Assembly (NCBI GenBank): GCA_964016885.1
Contig: OZ024741.1
Coordinates: forward strand, 71,052,001-71,116,000
Length of the DNA: 64,000 nt
Reading direction: 5' to 3'
DNA from: Eledone cirrhosa
Taxonomy: Eukaryota
In this document: positions 63,011 to 64,000 of the stretch, in pieces
How positions within the stretch are numbered: the first letter of the stretch is position 1
Layout: the number at the start of each line of letters is the position of its first letter
The notes under the pieces: generated by a model
Seen by the model: the letters and a program-made list of their open reading frames with translations, nothing else
Told to the model about the DNA's origin: nothing
Database searches by the model: none
Position numbers and translations under genes: made by a program

Positions 63011-64000
63011 AGGGGATAAAGAAGGAATCTCAAGAACCAGATGAAAATTGCTTCTGCAGTGGAGAACCAAGGGTTAGAGAATCTTTGGAGAGACTTCAAA
63101 GCAAGCCACAGTGCCCTCAGCAAAGCAGATGCAGCAAAGAAGAAGACTTGTGATTCTTTTTCTGTGACTCCTCTTAAAGTTTAATACGATTCTGACAATA
63201 TGCTTGCATTTTAACATAAAAAGTTCATGCTAAAGGAAGTAACTCAGAGTAAATCTTACTAGTGGTGTTGGTGGCAGCTAGGACACTAACATTGCTACTA
63301 TGACTATGAACATTGTATATTTTGCTCAAAAAAATAACTCAATGTTGTTGAAAAAAATTTGAAATAATCATTTAAGTACATGTATTATACCAAAGTAATG
63401 ACATGGGTAGCAGAGAGGAGTTCCAGCTGGATCTCATTGAGGAGGAACAAAAGCAATTTCCGTATAGTTTAAGTAGTTAAAAATTGCCAGCATAAGGACA
63501 CCCAAGAGTCATGACCTGGATGCAGCCCAGCCCCCATAGGGTGTGAAAATTTAAGGGCTGGAACATTTGCAAGAGAGGGGATTCTTCTCTGAAGACCTTC
63601 TGCTCTCCAGCTCTTCTAAGAATTTCTTTCTACTAATAATGGCAAATATGATAATGATGTCATAATCATCAGATTCATTGTTTTTATGTCTGATTTTTCC
63701 ACGCTGGCATGAGTCACACAAGACCTTTTGAAGCAGTGTTCCTATGGCTGGATGCCCTTCCTGATACTAACCAATACTTTATAAGTATTGCGTGCATGTG
63801 CGTGCATACATACATACATACATTATAATAATAATAATGAGTATAACTGAAGTTGCAGCTGCACTATAGCAGATGAACAATCAAATTATAAGAAGCAGTC
63901 ATGAAGCACTCAATGAGAGAGTAATTGATAAATTTCTACTCAGAGTGACATATATATATTATTAAGGTCACATCAATATCCTGTTACTCTTGAGTTTCGC

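Noticed and set aside
62935-63153. Possible host exon
   Set aside because: No recognisable domain or convincing splice context.

Overview
AT-rich, repeat-dominated metazoan DNA. A cephalopod (Octopus-like) origin is my inference from the repeat types. I can support no host gene. The window is a retroelement nest in multi-kb (TA/CA)n arrays. It holds two related Naiad-like Penelope-like elements (RT + GIY-YIG) and a decayed third, a second PLE family, at least 5 RTE-clade LINE copies with a PHD-type finger inside the RT, and many tRNA-derived SINEs. The most notable signal is non-coding. At least 8 canonical minimal hammerhead ribozyme motifs, plus 3 variant or degenerate ones, sit in PLE terminal repeats and in two families of short non-coding 'retrozyme'-like repeats (310 bp and about 460 bp monomers). 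Several of these insertions are head-to-head palindromes whose two 3' ends run outward into TA repeats. Most long ORFs in the track are microsatellite artefacts. All coordinates and pairings were read by eye, and element boundaries are approximate.
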